Positions 41,644 to 51,280 of a stretch of DNA of 64,000 bases are shown in pieces. The DNA lies in the NCBI GenBank assembly GCA_964035545.1, contig OZ037771.1, positions 5,179,190 to 5,243,189 of the forward strand. Reading direction: 5' to 3'. A program made the position numbers and the translations under genes. The DNA is from Bugula neritina (lineage: Eukaryota > Animalia > Bryozoa). Position 1 is the stretch's first letter; every line of letters begins with the position of its first letter. The notes below the pieces were generated by a model. That model was not told where the DNA came from. It saw nothing but the letters and a program-made list of their open reading frames with translations, and made no database searches.

Positions 41644-43146
41644 ATGAGAGTAGTGTTACCATCAAATTCGTCTATACAACACTTTCCACATAACTCTTTA
41701 GCAAAGTTCTCAGTTCAGTTACCTCATGCATTGGATTTATCAAAAGGACAATGGGAATTTGGTTTATCAGAAATGCAGTTTCATAAATCGTGGTTTAACG
41801 TGAAAGATGCTAATATGACGGTAAAAAAAGGAGAAGAAATAACACTAGTTTCCTTAAAAGATGGGTTCTACAAAAACCCTGATTTATTACTACAGTATTT
41901 GAATAAAAGTATAGCACAGTTTTGTAATGAAGAAACTGGAAAGTTGTTTTTGTTCAACTTTAATGATATTACGAGAACTTGTCAAATGACCACAGCAATT
42001 AATAAATCTTTAAGCTTTGAATTTAGTACAAATCTAAAACATATTCTCGGATTTACTAACATGGATATCAATGAAGAAGTTGAAAAAATATTAAGGTTTT
42101 CATCAAGAGGTGATGTAGTTCATGACAAAGCTGTCATAATAAATGGACGACAACCAATGGGAGTGGATAGTATTTTCAATTTAATGGTGTATTGCGACTT
42201 GGCTCAAACTAGTTTAGTTGGTGATGTAGAAGCACCACTTTTGAGATCAGTGCCCGTCCCTGGGAAGCAGTGGACAAGCCAATGCTCTACATTTAGTAAA
42301 AATGATAATAAAGAATTAGTTAGCAGAAGAGCGTTTACTGCTGGAAGTAATACTGTTCAACTTATGGGTAAACTTCACTCTGACATATTTTTCCAAAACC
42401 GGTATCTACTAAATGGAATTGATGTCAAGCTCAAACTTGTGAGAAACTCAAATAAACTTGTATTGATGGCTGCTGCTAACTCACAATATAAGTTGAAAAT
42501 TGCTCACGCATCTATGTTCATCAGAAGAGTGAAGGTGAACAATGGAATTCAATTGAGACATATTGAAATAATGGAAAAACAATTAAAACCAGCAATCTAT
42601 CCAATACGAAGGGTAGCAATAAAAACTTTTAGTATTGCGACAGGATCATTATCATGCAATGAAGAAAATTTGTTCAATGGAGTTCTACCCAAACGTATAG
42701 TCATTGGATTGGTAGATGCTCAAAGTTTTGAGGGCGCCTACAATCTTAATCCATTCAACTTTAAACATAAAACTCTGAAATACTGTAGCTTATTAATTGA
42801 TGGAAAAATGATTCCACAAAAACCTCTAGTCAGTGATTTTGAAAAAAATACAACACTCAGAAACTATTTTATGTTACTGGAAAGCACTGGAAAATCATTT
42901 AACGATGCTGGAATTGGGATAGATAGATCAGAATATAATAATGGCTACTCGCTATTAGCTTTCGATTTAACCCCTAACCTCCAAGAGGATGGTTGCTATC
43001 ACCTTATAAAAAAGGGGAATGCTAGATTAGAGTTAAAGTTTGACGTGCCTTTGAACACACCAGTCAATGTTATAGTGTACGCTGAGTTTGACTCCGCCAT
43101 CAAAGTGGATAAAAACAGGGCTGTAATGACAAACTTTTACATATAA
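41644..43146 (+). CDS. In-frame chimera: minor capsid (penton) N-terminal part fused to major capsid C-terminal part
   Basis: Penton motifs LPSNSS...FPHNSL...WEFGLSE and VYCDL...VGDVEAPLLR, then from ~42300 capsid motifs LVSRR...QLMGKLHSDIFFQ to YAEFD. Confidence 0.8.
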   Translation: MRVVLPSNSSIQHFPHNSLAKFSVQLPHALDLSKGQWEFGLSEMQFHKSWFNVKDANMTVKKGEEITLVSLKDGFYKNPDLLLQYLNKSIAQFCNEETGKLFLFNFNDITRTCQMTTAINKSLSFEFSTNLKHILGFTNMDINEEVEKILRFSSRGDVVHDKAVIINGRQPMGVDSIFNLMVYCDLAQTSLVGDVEAPLLRSVPVPGKQWTSQCSTFSKNDNKELVSRRAFTAGSNTVQLMGKLHSDIFFQNRYLLNGIDVKLKLVRNSNKLVLMAAANSQYKLKIAHASMFIRRVKVNNGIQLRHIEIMEKQLKPAIYPIRRVAIKTFSIATGSLSCNEENLFNGVLPKRIVIGLVDAQSFEGAYNLNPFNFKHKTLKYCSLLIDGKMIPQKPLVSDFEKNTTLRNYFMLLESTGKSFNDAGIGIDRSEYNNGYSLLAFDLTPNLQEDGCYHLIKKGNARLELKFDVPLNTPVNVIVYAEFDSAIKVDKNRAVMTNFYI

Positions 43147-43609
43147 TAGATAGCAAACAAATCTACAGGATATTAAAGGCAGATAGAGCTGTTGAAGAAT
43201 TAAACTTTTTAGGAGTCTTTTCTATAGACTTAATACCAATGTCTGCTCAAAGGTTTCCATGTTGTATGGTTATAAATACGAAACCACACGATCACCCTGG
43301 AGAGCATTGGGTGGCAGTTGTGAAAACAGAAGATAGAAAAAGAATATTTTTTGACAGTTATGGTGTACCACCGTATAACCTACCTGAGATTGGAGATGTG
43401 CTAAATAACTGTAATGAATGGACATTTAATGATATTCCGCTGCAATCCCTTTATAGTACAGTGTGTGGTCAACACGTTATATTCTTCTTAACTCATATTG
43501 CAAGGGGTTTGAGTCTAGAAAAAATATCTTACTTGTTGAATGATAATGGCGATAGATTAGCTAATGATGCTATGATATTTAATTATATTCGAGAAAAGTA
43601 TAGTAATAC

Positions 43610-43880
43610 TGTAGTGAGGACGTAATACGCGCGTCCCCCGCATTCCTTCAGCCTATCCAAGTGCGTCACGTGATAGGCCTTAGTTAGTAGTAGTTTTGCA
43701 GTAGAGAGAGTGTGCTAACTAAGCGAGGATGTAATCTCTAATCTGTGTACATGCTGTATCTTTTGTATAATTAGTAGTAAATAAACTTGGAAACTTTTAC
43801 CTAAATACTTTATTGGTGTAAATAAATAGACATAATTACAAGCTAGGAACCCACGCATAGTAGTTACACAAATTACTACA
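43610..43880 (+). repeat. 5' LTR-like segment (271 bp)
   Basis: TGTAGTGAG...CACAAATTACTACA, contains AATAAA, directly followed by the PBS. Confidence 0.85.
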
Positions 43881-43881
43881 G

Positions 43882-43899
43882 TGGTGGCAGCGGTGGGAT
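43882..43899 (+). promoter_or_regulatory. Primer-binding site complementary to the tRNA-Leu 3' end
   Basis: TGGTGGCAGCGGTGGGAT is the reverse complement of ATCCCACCGCTGCCACCA, the 3' end of metazoan tRNA-Leu(AAG/TAG type). Confidence 0.88.
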
Positions 43900-43915
43900 C
43901 TTGCGTATAGCAGTC

Positions 43916-44865
43916 ATGGCAGAAGACGGCACGGAGCTACCCATTCCACTGAATGAAGGTGAGAGAGATAATGTTGATATACCTGCGGAACCAGTGGTGT
44001 TAGATGAAGAAGTGAGAATTCTTAGAGAGCATGGTGAAGATAGATACCGGCTGAAGGCCCCAACTTCACTGGCGAAGAAGCAGTGGAGCAATTCATCCAA
44101 GAATTCCAGGATGTGATGGAGATTGCAGAATGGCCGCCAAGGGTGGCGTTGCTAAAGCTCAGGATGGCGCTGACGGGCAAAGCTAAGCCGTACGGAGCTG
44201 GACCCGACATAGACGGAATCTTTGCTTCCCTGCGGGCCCGTTTTGGCATCTCTCCCATAGATGCGCGGGCCCGTCTACAGAGGATGCGGCGTGATCCTCA
44301 CACGTCATTAGAAGAGCACGCTGCCACGGTGTACCCATTAGCGCAGATCGCATTCCGCGATCTGCCTCCGGTACACCGTGAGAGGTATACCTATGATGCC
44401 TTCGTGCAGTCCATCAACGACTTGGGGCTCCACCATCAACTCCAAGCGAGGGGAGTCACCACAGTCGAAGATGCACTTGCGGTGGGAGAAGCCTATCTCT
44501 TGGCGACTCATATGCACCGCAACCGCGTGGCCTCCCGCCAGGTGACCACGGAGCACTCTACTGCTCACACCGAATTAAATGCGGAACCCTCCGCGGTGGC
44601 TAGTGTGAACCAGATGTCACTAGCGTCAAAAATCTCACAGATGACTGACATGCTAGATAAACTGGTCACCACATTAGCCTCCCCAAGCCAGGTAGATACT
44701 GCCCGTGAGCCTTGCGGGCCGCAGGTACAATCACCAGGCATGGGGCACCACTTCTGCTGGGAATGCGGAAGGCCAGGACATTTCCAGAGAAACTGCCCTC
44801 AACTCCCACCAGGGTTAAACTACCCCGGCCCGCAGATGTTCCCACCTCCTGCAGGCCGTCTGTGA
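43916..44865 (+). CDS. gag: Gag (capsid-like region plus CCHC zinc knuckle); apparent 1-nt deletion near 44062
   Basis: KAP-x-FTGEEAVEQFIQEF joins ORFs 43901-44116 and 44083-44865; knuckle CWECGRPGHFQRNC. Confidence 0.85.
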
Positions 44866-47072
44866 ATCACCCAGGGAGGCCCGCGCGTCTGTCGCCCCGC
44901 TGGGCGCCGCGCGGAGATGCTGTGAAGTGGCGACCCCCGCGGCAAGTAGGCTCGAGCCACTCGCCGCCTGGGTCCTCTACGCCACTCCGGCACCAACACG
45001 GAGCCGGCAGACGGTTGACCACAGAGCCTGCGAGGGAAACGGTACAAGCGCCGCAAGGCGTACCGCCCCAACCTCGGCAGCTGGTCAATAGTCGCCGCCA
45101 ACCGTGGACCCCTCGACCCACAGCGAGGGAGGTGCAACCACGGCACACTCAATTGCAGCCGCACGGAAGTAGCTACTTCCTACCAGGGAAGCTAGCCGGC
45201 AAGCCTGCCAACTTCCTCCTGGACTCCGGCTGCACCACCAACCTCCTTAGCCGTCAGTTCTTTGACACCCTCAGCGCTAAGGTCAAGGACGGGTTGGCAC
45301 CGTATGAGGGGGATCATGGCACCCTGGCAGACGGGTCGTGCATCCCCTTCTACGGCATTATTGAGCTAACTGGTTACGTCCGTAACCAGGCCATCCAAGA
45401 GACGTTTATCGTCGGGCAGCTCAACGAGGATGCTATCCTCGGGATGCCATTCTTACAACGACACGGTTGTCGCATCGATTTCAGTAAATCTGCGATAATC
45501 ATGGGCGACAAGGAGCTCGCTTGTGTCGATAAGTTTGGTCGTCCTCTAGCGGGAGCAGTGCAGGTAGTACGAAGCTGTACTATACCAGGCCACTCCCGGG
45601 CTACCGTCCGCTGCAAGGTAGACGGTGGCCAAACCTCTAAGTTGGGAGTTGTCGAAAGTACGCACTCGAGAGTCCAACTTGCCCGTAGTTTTAGCCGGCT
45701 CACGGGGCAAGGAGAGATCTCAGTGCAGTGTGTCAACCCTTTCTCAGAGACAGTAGACCTACCACCCAGATCCATGCTGGGTCGCTTCCATCCTGTCCAG
45801 GAGGAAGCCATTGGGCCGTCGTCGGGAGCTACGACGGAAGGTCCTCAGCAGAGCCCGTCTCGAGGGCGGAGGACCGTCCCAACCCACGCCTCCCCTCCTC
45901 CAGGGACGCGTGGCTGCACAGGCAACGGGAAGCGCCAGGCTATGGCTAGGTTGCCACATGGTTACAGTGAGGCGTTCAGCCACACAGACCACGGAGCCCG
46001 CCTAAATAGAGCAGGCTGCCGTGAGGTACCACGGGCGGCGAGGACCGCCCCTGCTCAGCCACTCCAACAGAGGGCTGACACGCCCCCGGAGGCTGCCCAG
46101 AGCCTCCGCGCCAAACCTGTATGGGCTGGTAACGTCAGGGAGCTGCCGAAGCTCCAGGAATGCCTTCCTGGGGTGGTAGCCAACGTGTACCGAGCGAAAC
46201 AGGAGGGGCGACGACCCAGTAGTACACAACGGCGACAGGGATGCGCCGAGTTACGGCTGTACTGTCAACGTTGGAGCTCTCTGCGGGTCGGGCCAGATAG
46301 TCTGCTAACCATGACCTTGGCCGCCAACAGCAGACAGCCAGCCAGGAAGAGGGTTGTCTGCCCAGTTGCCATCCGCCGGAAGTTGATACAAGACACCCAC
46401 GAGGAGACTCACGGAGGAGTCCAAGGGGTGGTCACCAAGCTACAACTCCGGTGGTACTGGCCTAACATGGAACGGGATATCCGACGCAGAGTGAGACGGT
46501 GCAAAGTCTGCCAGACCAACAAGCATAGCCGTCTCCCTGGTGAAGTGGGGCGGCAGACGCGTTGTGCGAGAAGGTCTCGGCAGGCGGAGACTGTCAACCT
46601 GGCCGGAAACACCTCCATGACACGTCAGGAAGACTTGGCGAGGCGAGAAAGGCTACTTCCGTCCTTGAAAGTGCGCTCACCGCCCCCAACGTCAAGCCTG
46701 CCATCATCACCACTTCCGGAACCAGAAACAGGTCCGGAAGTGCAAAAACCCCCCGTGGGAGGGGCTCCGCAAGGAGATACCAACATAGGACCAGGACCAC
46801 ACACTAGGCAACTTCCAGCGTGTCTCAGAGACTGTGTACGTGACCGCGGTATAAGCGGCAGTAACAAAAGTCTAGAGAGGCCTTGCATGGGAAAACAGGC
46901 AAAGAGCCGTGGGAGTCGTGATCACCACGAGAATTTCAACTTTTGCCTCGGCGGAATCTCACACGAGATTCATCCGCTGGAAGTAAAAAGCCCTAGTCAC
47001 GTTTCACAACCACGCTGTCCAGTCTTTTCCTATGTTGATGCAGTCGAGAGTAGACGTGCCAGTAAACAGTAA
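44712..47072 (+). CDS. pol: Truncated Pol (-1 frame to gag): aspartic protease plus integrase H2C2 zinc finger, no RT/RNase H/DDE core
   Basis: FLLDSGC...AILGMPFL protease; HEETHGG...WYWPNM...CKVC finger; no YxDD, RNase H or D,D(35)E motifs seen. Confidence 0.85.
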   Translation: MRAAGTITRHGAPLLLGMRKARTFPEKLPSTPTRVKLPRPADVPTSCRPSVNHPGRPARLSPRWAPRGDAVKWRPPRQVGSSHSPPGSSTPLRHQHGAGRRLTTEPARETVQAPQGVPPQPRQLVNSRRQPWTPRPTAREVQPRHTQLQPHGSSYFLPGKLAGKPANFLLDSGCTTNLLSRQFFDTLSAKVKDGLAPYEGDHGTLADGSCIPFYGIIELTGYVRNQAIQETFIVGQLNEDAILGMPFLQRHGCRIDFSKSAIIMGDKELACVDKFGRPLAGAVQVVRSCTIPGHSRATVRCKVDGGQTSKLGVVESTHSRVQLARSFSRLTGQGEISVQCVNPFSETVDLPPRSMLGRFHPVQEEAIGPSSGATTEGPQQSPSRGRRTVPTHASPPPGTRGCTGNGKRQAMARLPHGYSEAFSHTDHGARLNRAGCREVPRAARTAPAQPLQQRADTPPEAAQSLRAKPVWAGNVRELPKLQECLPGVVANVYRAKQEGRRPSSTQRRQGCAELRLYCQRWSSLRVGPDSLLTMTLAANSRQPARKRVVCPVAIRRKLIQDTHEETHGGVQGVVTKLQLRWYWPNMERDIRRRVRRCKVCQTNKHSRLPGEVGRQTRCARRSRQAETVNLAGNTSMTRQEDLARRERLLPSLKVRSPPPTSSLPSSPLPEPETGPEVQKPPVGGAPQGDTNIGPGPHTRQLPACLRDCVRDRGISGSNKSLERPCMGKQAKSRGSRDHHENFNFCLGGISHEIHPLEVKSPSHVSQPRCPVFSYVDAVESRRASKQ

Positions 47073-47434
47073 TCAGTTACCACTCTCATTCCAAAATGTC
47101 TTACTATTCTGGATCGAAGGGTGAGTTAATTATGTTTTTGGTACGATAACTAGACTGCATCAGTCAGCTTAGCTACACTAGCTAGCTGGAGATTCGATAA
47201 TGATAAACAGTGGTGGGAATACACGTCGACTTTGATTTTAAATAATCTGTCATAGCGAGTGTGTTCTCCATCAACTATTCATTAGCCTGAATCTCACGAG
47301 TGTAACTGAACAGAGTACCGGTCAGGCTGTACACGCCGACGGTGCCTCAGTGTATAATCTTTAACACTGCTACTCTTTCAGATCACACTCGAGTGACCAC
47401 CTCCCGGTCACGGGACCAGCCAACCTCTCTGTCT

Positions 47435-48148
47435 ATGGAAGAAGAGCCTGTAATGGAGAATGGCATACCAGTAGTACTCCGCCGACGACACCGTTGGGTG
47501 TCACCCACGACAGAGAGGAGAATTGAAGAAGCCTGGGGACCCAGTGGACCACACCGAACCTGCCAGGTCTGCTTTGAGGAGTGCCCGTCGCACCGCTCCC
47601 TGCGTTTACATGTAGACGCCCATTTCCTACTCCACTTCTGTCCCTGCGGGTTCCACGACGTCTACCCGTATCCCGTGACAGTACATAAGCTAAGCTGCTT
47701 CGCCGGAGAGAACCACACTGTTGATGAAGACAGTTTCCCCCTATACCTGGATGCCATCAAGCCAGTCATCAGGAAGGCTATCACCCTGGCCGCACTAACG
47801 TCAGGGTTTCACGTACTGCTACTATCTGCCCGCCATAAGTCCCCTATGGTTCAGGGCCCACCTCCTACCCCCGTCAACCCTAGCAACACCCCAGAAGTAG
47901 AAGAAACAACCATATCCCGTCTAACGGAGACCCCTACAACCCCACCAAGGCCTAGCCAGCTGGCTAACGTAGAAAAGCGGCTTCTAAGACTGCAAGCCGA
48001 GTTCACACAACTTGCCCCTGACTTGCTGGATACGACGACAGGTCTATACCAGTTGAAGGACTCAGTAGGGCGACTGAAGAGGTGGCTACGGGCCCGACAG
48101 GCTCGACACAGAGCACGGTCGCTACAAGAAGCAGAGTCCAACCAATGA
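47435..48148 (+). CDS. ORF3: zinc-finger plus coiled-coil protein in the env position
   Basis: CQVC-x12-HVDAH followed by CPC...H...C; C-terminal heptad stretch; splice acceptor ctactctttcag at 47370-47381; open frame from 47342. Confidence 0.7.
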   Translation: MEEEPVMENGIPVVLRRRHRWVSPTTERRIEEAWGPSGPHRTCQVCFEECPSHRSLRLHVDAHFLLHFCPCGFHDVYPYPVTVHKLSCFAGENHTVDEDSFPLYLDAIKPVIRKAITLAALTSGFHVLLLSARHKSPMVQGPPPTPVNPSNTPEVEETTISRLTETPTTPPRPSQLANVEKRLLRLQAEFTQLAPDLLDTTTGLYQLKDSVGRLKRWLRARQARHRARSLQEAESNQ

Positions 48149-48428
48149 GAATGCCTGGGGTAGGCACCTTCGTTGAGCTATAGCTCGTTTGGAATGTGAC
48201 GAGCGCTCCGACATTGGCCCGCGTGCTGGTAAGCACCCTCTCTCTTAATAGCTGACTAGATGTGTGTGATCGATCACCCTGTTGTCTTCTAATGTAAACG
48301 TTGTCGTGTTTAACTATTTCTTTTCTTACTCTTTGTGGGTTTACTTATATATGTTTTCTTTTTTGGATTATTGTATGGTTTTTCATTATGTTTTTTTATT
48401 GTGTTATCAGAAAGTAGGGCTTTCTGCT

Positions 48429-48439
48429 GGGGGGGACGG
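48429..48439 (+). promoter_or_regulatory. Polypurine tract
   Basis: GGGGGGGACGG directly before TGTAGTGAG. Confidence 0.8.
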
Positions 48440-48791
48440 TGTAGTGAGTAGTGCAAGTACAAATACAGGAATCGCCCTCTCCCTACTCTTGGAATACTTA
48501 GACTCTTATGTAGCAACCAATTAGCAGCTCCGGAAGATATGCTTCCGATTCACGTGACACTTCCCGGGTTATTAACATTATATCACGTTGTTGTAAGCGG
48601 AGGCTTGTAGTAGTAACATGTGTTAGTAGTTGACTCTTGTATAGGATAATTTGATGTGATGTTTGGTTTATGCTTTATTGTGGATAATAAATATAATTAC
48701 TCGATAGCTACCCTAGTAATTGATAACAGAATAACCAGCTAACTATACGCAAGTAAATAACTCACGCTCAGTAATTGCACAAATTACTACA
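48440..48791 (+). repeat. 3' LTR-like segment (352 bp)
   Basis: TGTAGTGAG...CACAAATTACTACA, preceded by the PPT and followed by TSD ATAC. Confidence 0.85.
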
Positions 48792-49755
48792 ATACGAATG
48801 TTGGTACAGATAAACTTGAAATTATTGACTTTCCATTTTTACTAAACCAAATTGCTTCTTCAGTGAATATTTAACACTATCATATTTGTACTGACATCTA
48901 AATAAGCTAGAATTCTATTATTCATTACTGTCACACAAAAACACTTTATTTTTTTTCACAGTAGTTAATACTATTTAATTCTTAATGTTGTAGTATATAT
49001 TCTTATTTTTACTTGGTCATAGTGAATAATTATAATAAAGATATGTTAACCATTCAACAGACGGTATCAGTGCGCATCATTCATATGATATTTTTTTGCA
49101 GTATTTGAAAGTAGTACTTACCAGCATAGTGTATCAATCCCACAGTGAAAAACGTTATGAGCAACTGAATAATACGGTGTTCATTTAACTCTCTCTGCAA
49201 TCACTTGATAATCGCTATGTGAGGGTAATATATTAGTGTATTTAATCGGATTGTATGCGAAGTTCAATAGTATATATCTATTTAGAACACTCAACTAATC
49301 GCAGCAAACGCATCTTCAAGACTGATGATATATACAATAGCTTTATAAAGATTCAATATGGTTATTACATTAACCATACTGGTTGCTTGCAAATAGCCAT
49401 AAAGATAAGGTCTATTCATAACATAAAGGAAAACAGCACAATAATACTATTTACAAAACATCTTACATAACCACATAACGCAATGTCATGCAAATTACAG
49501 TATATCAATGCAATTATCAATAAGACCTGAGAAAGTGTGCCAAACCGTTATAATAAATGCTGAGACAGTCTTGGTAGCTATGAATCTAACAAAGACTGTA
49601 AACTATTTCTAAACAGCTATGCCTCCTCAAGTGCGATGTAAACTAATTGAAAATGCCCTATACAATTCTACCGACGATGTAAACTAGTTGAAAATGCCTT
49701 ATACAATTCTACCGACGATGTAAACTAGTTGAAAAGTGGCTTCCTAACTTAATAG

Positions 49756-50060
49756 AATTTGCCTCCAACAAAAGATGAATTAAATTTGCATGTAAAAAGA
49801 GCAGATTATCAGGTAGTCATTTGGAGAAGGTAACAACAGCCTATCTTGATGCACCACCCCCAGAACTTTATGAAAAGATTGTTGAGAATCATGGCAACAT
49901 AAATATAAAGTAGATGATTCAAGCTTCCGCACCTGAGCATGTGTATTGCAAAGTTTAAACTGCTCCTGTAAGACTAGCTGCAACATATCAAGATGTGGAT
50001 GTCAGAAATCTCAAATGCTGTGCATGCACTGATGTTTGTCAATGTAAGGATGTCTGAAAA
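49756..50060 (+). pseudogene. Academ-type transposase C-terminal remnant (LPPT...RADYQ..IW plus Cys-rich CXC-like tail)
   Basis: Translates as NLPPTKDELNLHVKRADYQVVIWRR, then after frameshifts CSCKTSCNISRCGCQK...CTDVCQC. Confidence 0.75.
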
Positions 50061-50474
50061 GAAGCTCTATATTGGGGAAGAAGCTGGTGAAACTGATGGC
50101 AGTGACAATGATGGCGAGAATACTTTTTCATAATAAAGCATTATTTTTAGACATTTGTTATATATTTTGCTGCAACCAATTTGATTTTGATAATCTCTCA
50201 TGCTTCTGTTCCTCTAAATAATTTTACAGAATCTTGTTGATTTTTGCAGACGTTTAATGGCTACCGGACAGACTAGCAAATGGTTCACTTGGGCTGAGCT
50301 CAAAAGATTTCAATATTTATTCATTTCAACATTTATTTTGTACTATAATTTTATAAATATAGTTTTTTCACACATCAGCATGACTTCGATTTTATTTTTG
50401 TATAAATAGCTTGGTCAAACATGATTATTCTGCATGCTTATGCCGCATGCAATATGTCGATTCATAACAAACAC

Positions 50475-51187
50475 ATATGTTTATATAAACAACTTGGTTT
50501 TAATTTGAGATAGAGTCTTGCAGTCTTTAAATTCAACATCAGCATAGAATTCTAAATAAGAGGCAATTATTTTTGGTATTTCAGCAAATATTTTTTCTTC
50601 AAGATAGCTTGATAAAAATGGATACTATTTTGCACAATCCACATTTCTTTATATCACCCTTCTAAAACGTCGATTTGTTTTTTGCAATAATTTGAATTTA
50701 GGTAGAGATAGAATTCTAAAGTTTGTAGATTTAAAATCAGCACAAAATTCTGATCTAAAAACAACTTTTTTTGAGTGGCCATTTAGTGAAATGTAATAAG
50801 CCAATTTTTTGAGCACTTTTTGGGAGGTTACTTCTAGACTATATATGTTTATATAAACAACTTGGTTATAATTTGAGATAGCCTCTTGCAGTCTTTAAAT
50901 TCAGTATCAGCATAGAATTCTAAATAAGAGGCAATTATTTTTGGTATTTCAACAAATTTTTTTTTTTCAAGATAGCTTGATAAAATTGGATACTATTTTG
51001 CACAATTCACAGATGCCGATTTGTTTTTTGCAATATCTTGAGTTTGGGTAGAGATAGAATTGTAGAGTTTTTAGATTCAGAATCAGCACAAAATTTTGAT
51101 CTAGAAACAACTTTTTTTGAGTGGCTACCTAGTAAAGTGTAATAAGCCAATTTTTTGAGCACTTTTTGGGAGGTTACTTCTAGACTA
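50475..51187. repeat. Tandem duplication of the Academ right end (50475-50841 and 50843-51187)
   Basis: Both units start atatgtttatataaacaacttgg and end ggaggttacttctagacta. Confidence 0.88.
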
Positions 51188-51280
51188 AAGGCAATGTTTA
51201 TTAGGGAGAGGGGTGAAGCCGTGAAGGGTGTATATATTATGGTCTACACTATACATTCTAGTAGAATGTAAAGTGTAGAC

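Larger units (their letters stand above)
43610..48791 (+). mobile_element. Non-autonomous Ty3/Gypsy-like LTR retroelement with dissimilar LTRs
   Basis: TG...CA ends, 4-bp TSD ATAC (empty site agtaatacgaatg preserved in the left Polinton arm), PBS, PPT, gag/pro/integrase zinc finger, GC- and CpG-rich interior. Confidence 0.92.
43146..48874 (+). pseudogene. Polinton cysteine protease, right copy (start codon ATG>ATA; split by the retroelement at 43610-48791)
   Basis: Same sequence as the left copy; the 3' end resumes at 48796 and stops at TAA 48872-48874. Confidence 0.85.
29987..49749 (+). mobile_element. Polinton/Maverick (adintovirus-like endogenous DNA virus), decayed
   Basis: Left terminus AGTAGTATAGGAAGCC, right terminus GGCTTCCTAACT; flanks TAATAT/TAATAG (6-bp TSD, one mismatch). 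Encodes pPolB, A32-like ATPase, c-integrase, penton, major capsid protein and adenain-like protease. Confidence 0.95.
28207..51187 (+). mobile_element. Academ-like DNA transposon (decayed), interrupted by the Polinton
   Basis: TIRs TAGTCTAGAAGTAACCTCC / GGAGGTTACTTCTAGACTA, 3-bp TSD AAG, TAG...CTA termini typical of Academ, and a transposase C-terminal remnant at 49756-50060. Confidence 0.8.

Noticed and set aside
44022-46888. Many overlapping antisense and alternate-frame ORFs in the retroelement
   Set aside because: Expected by chance in GC-rich sequence; no recognisable motifs.
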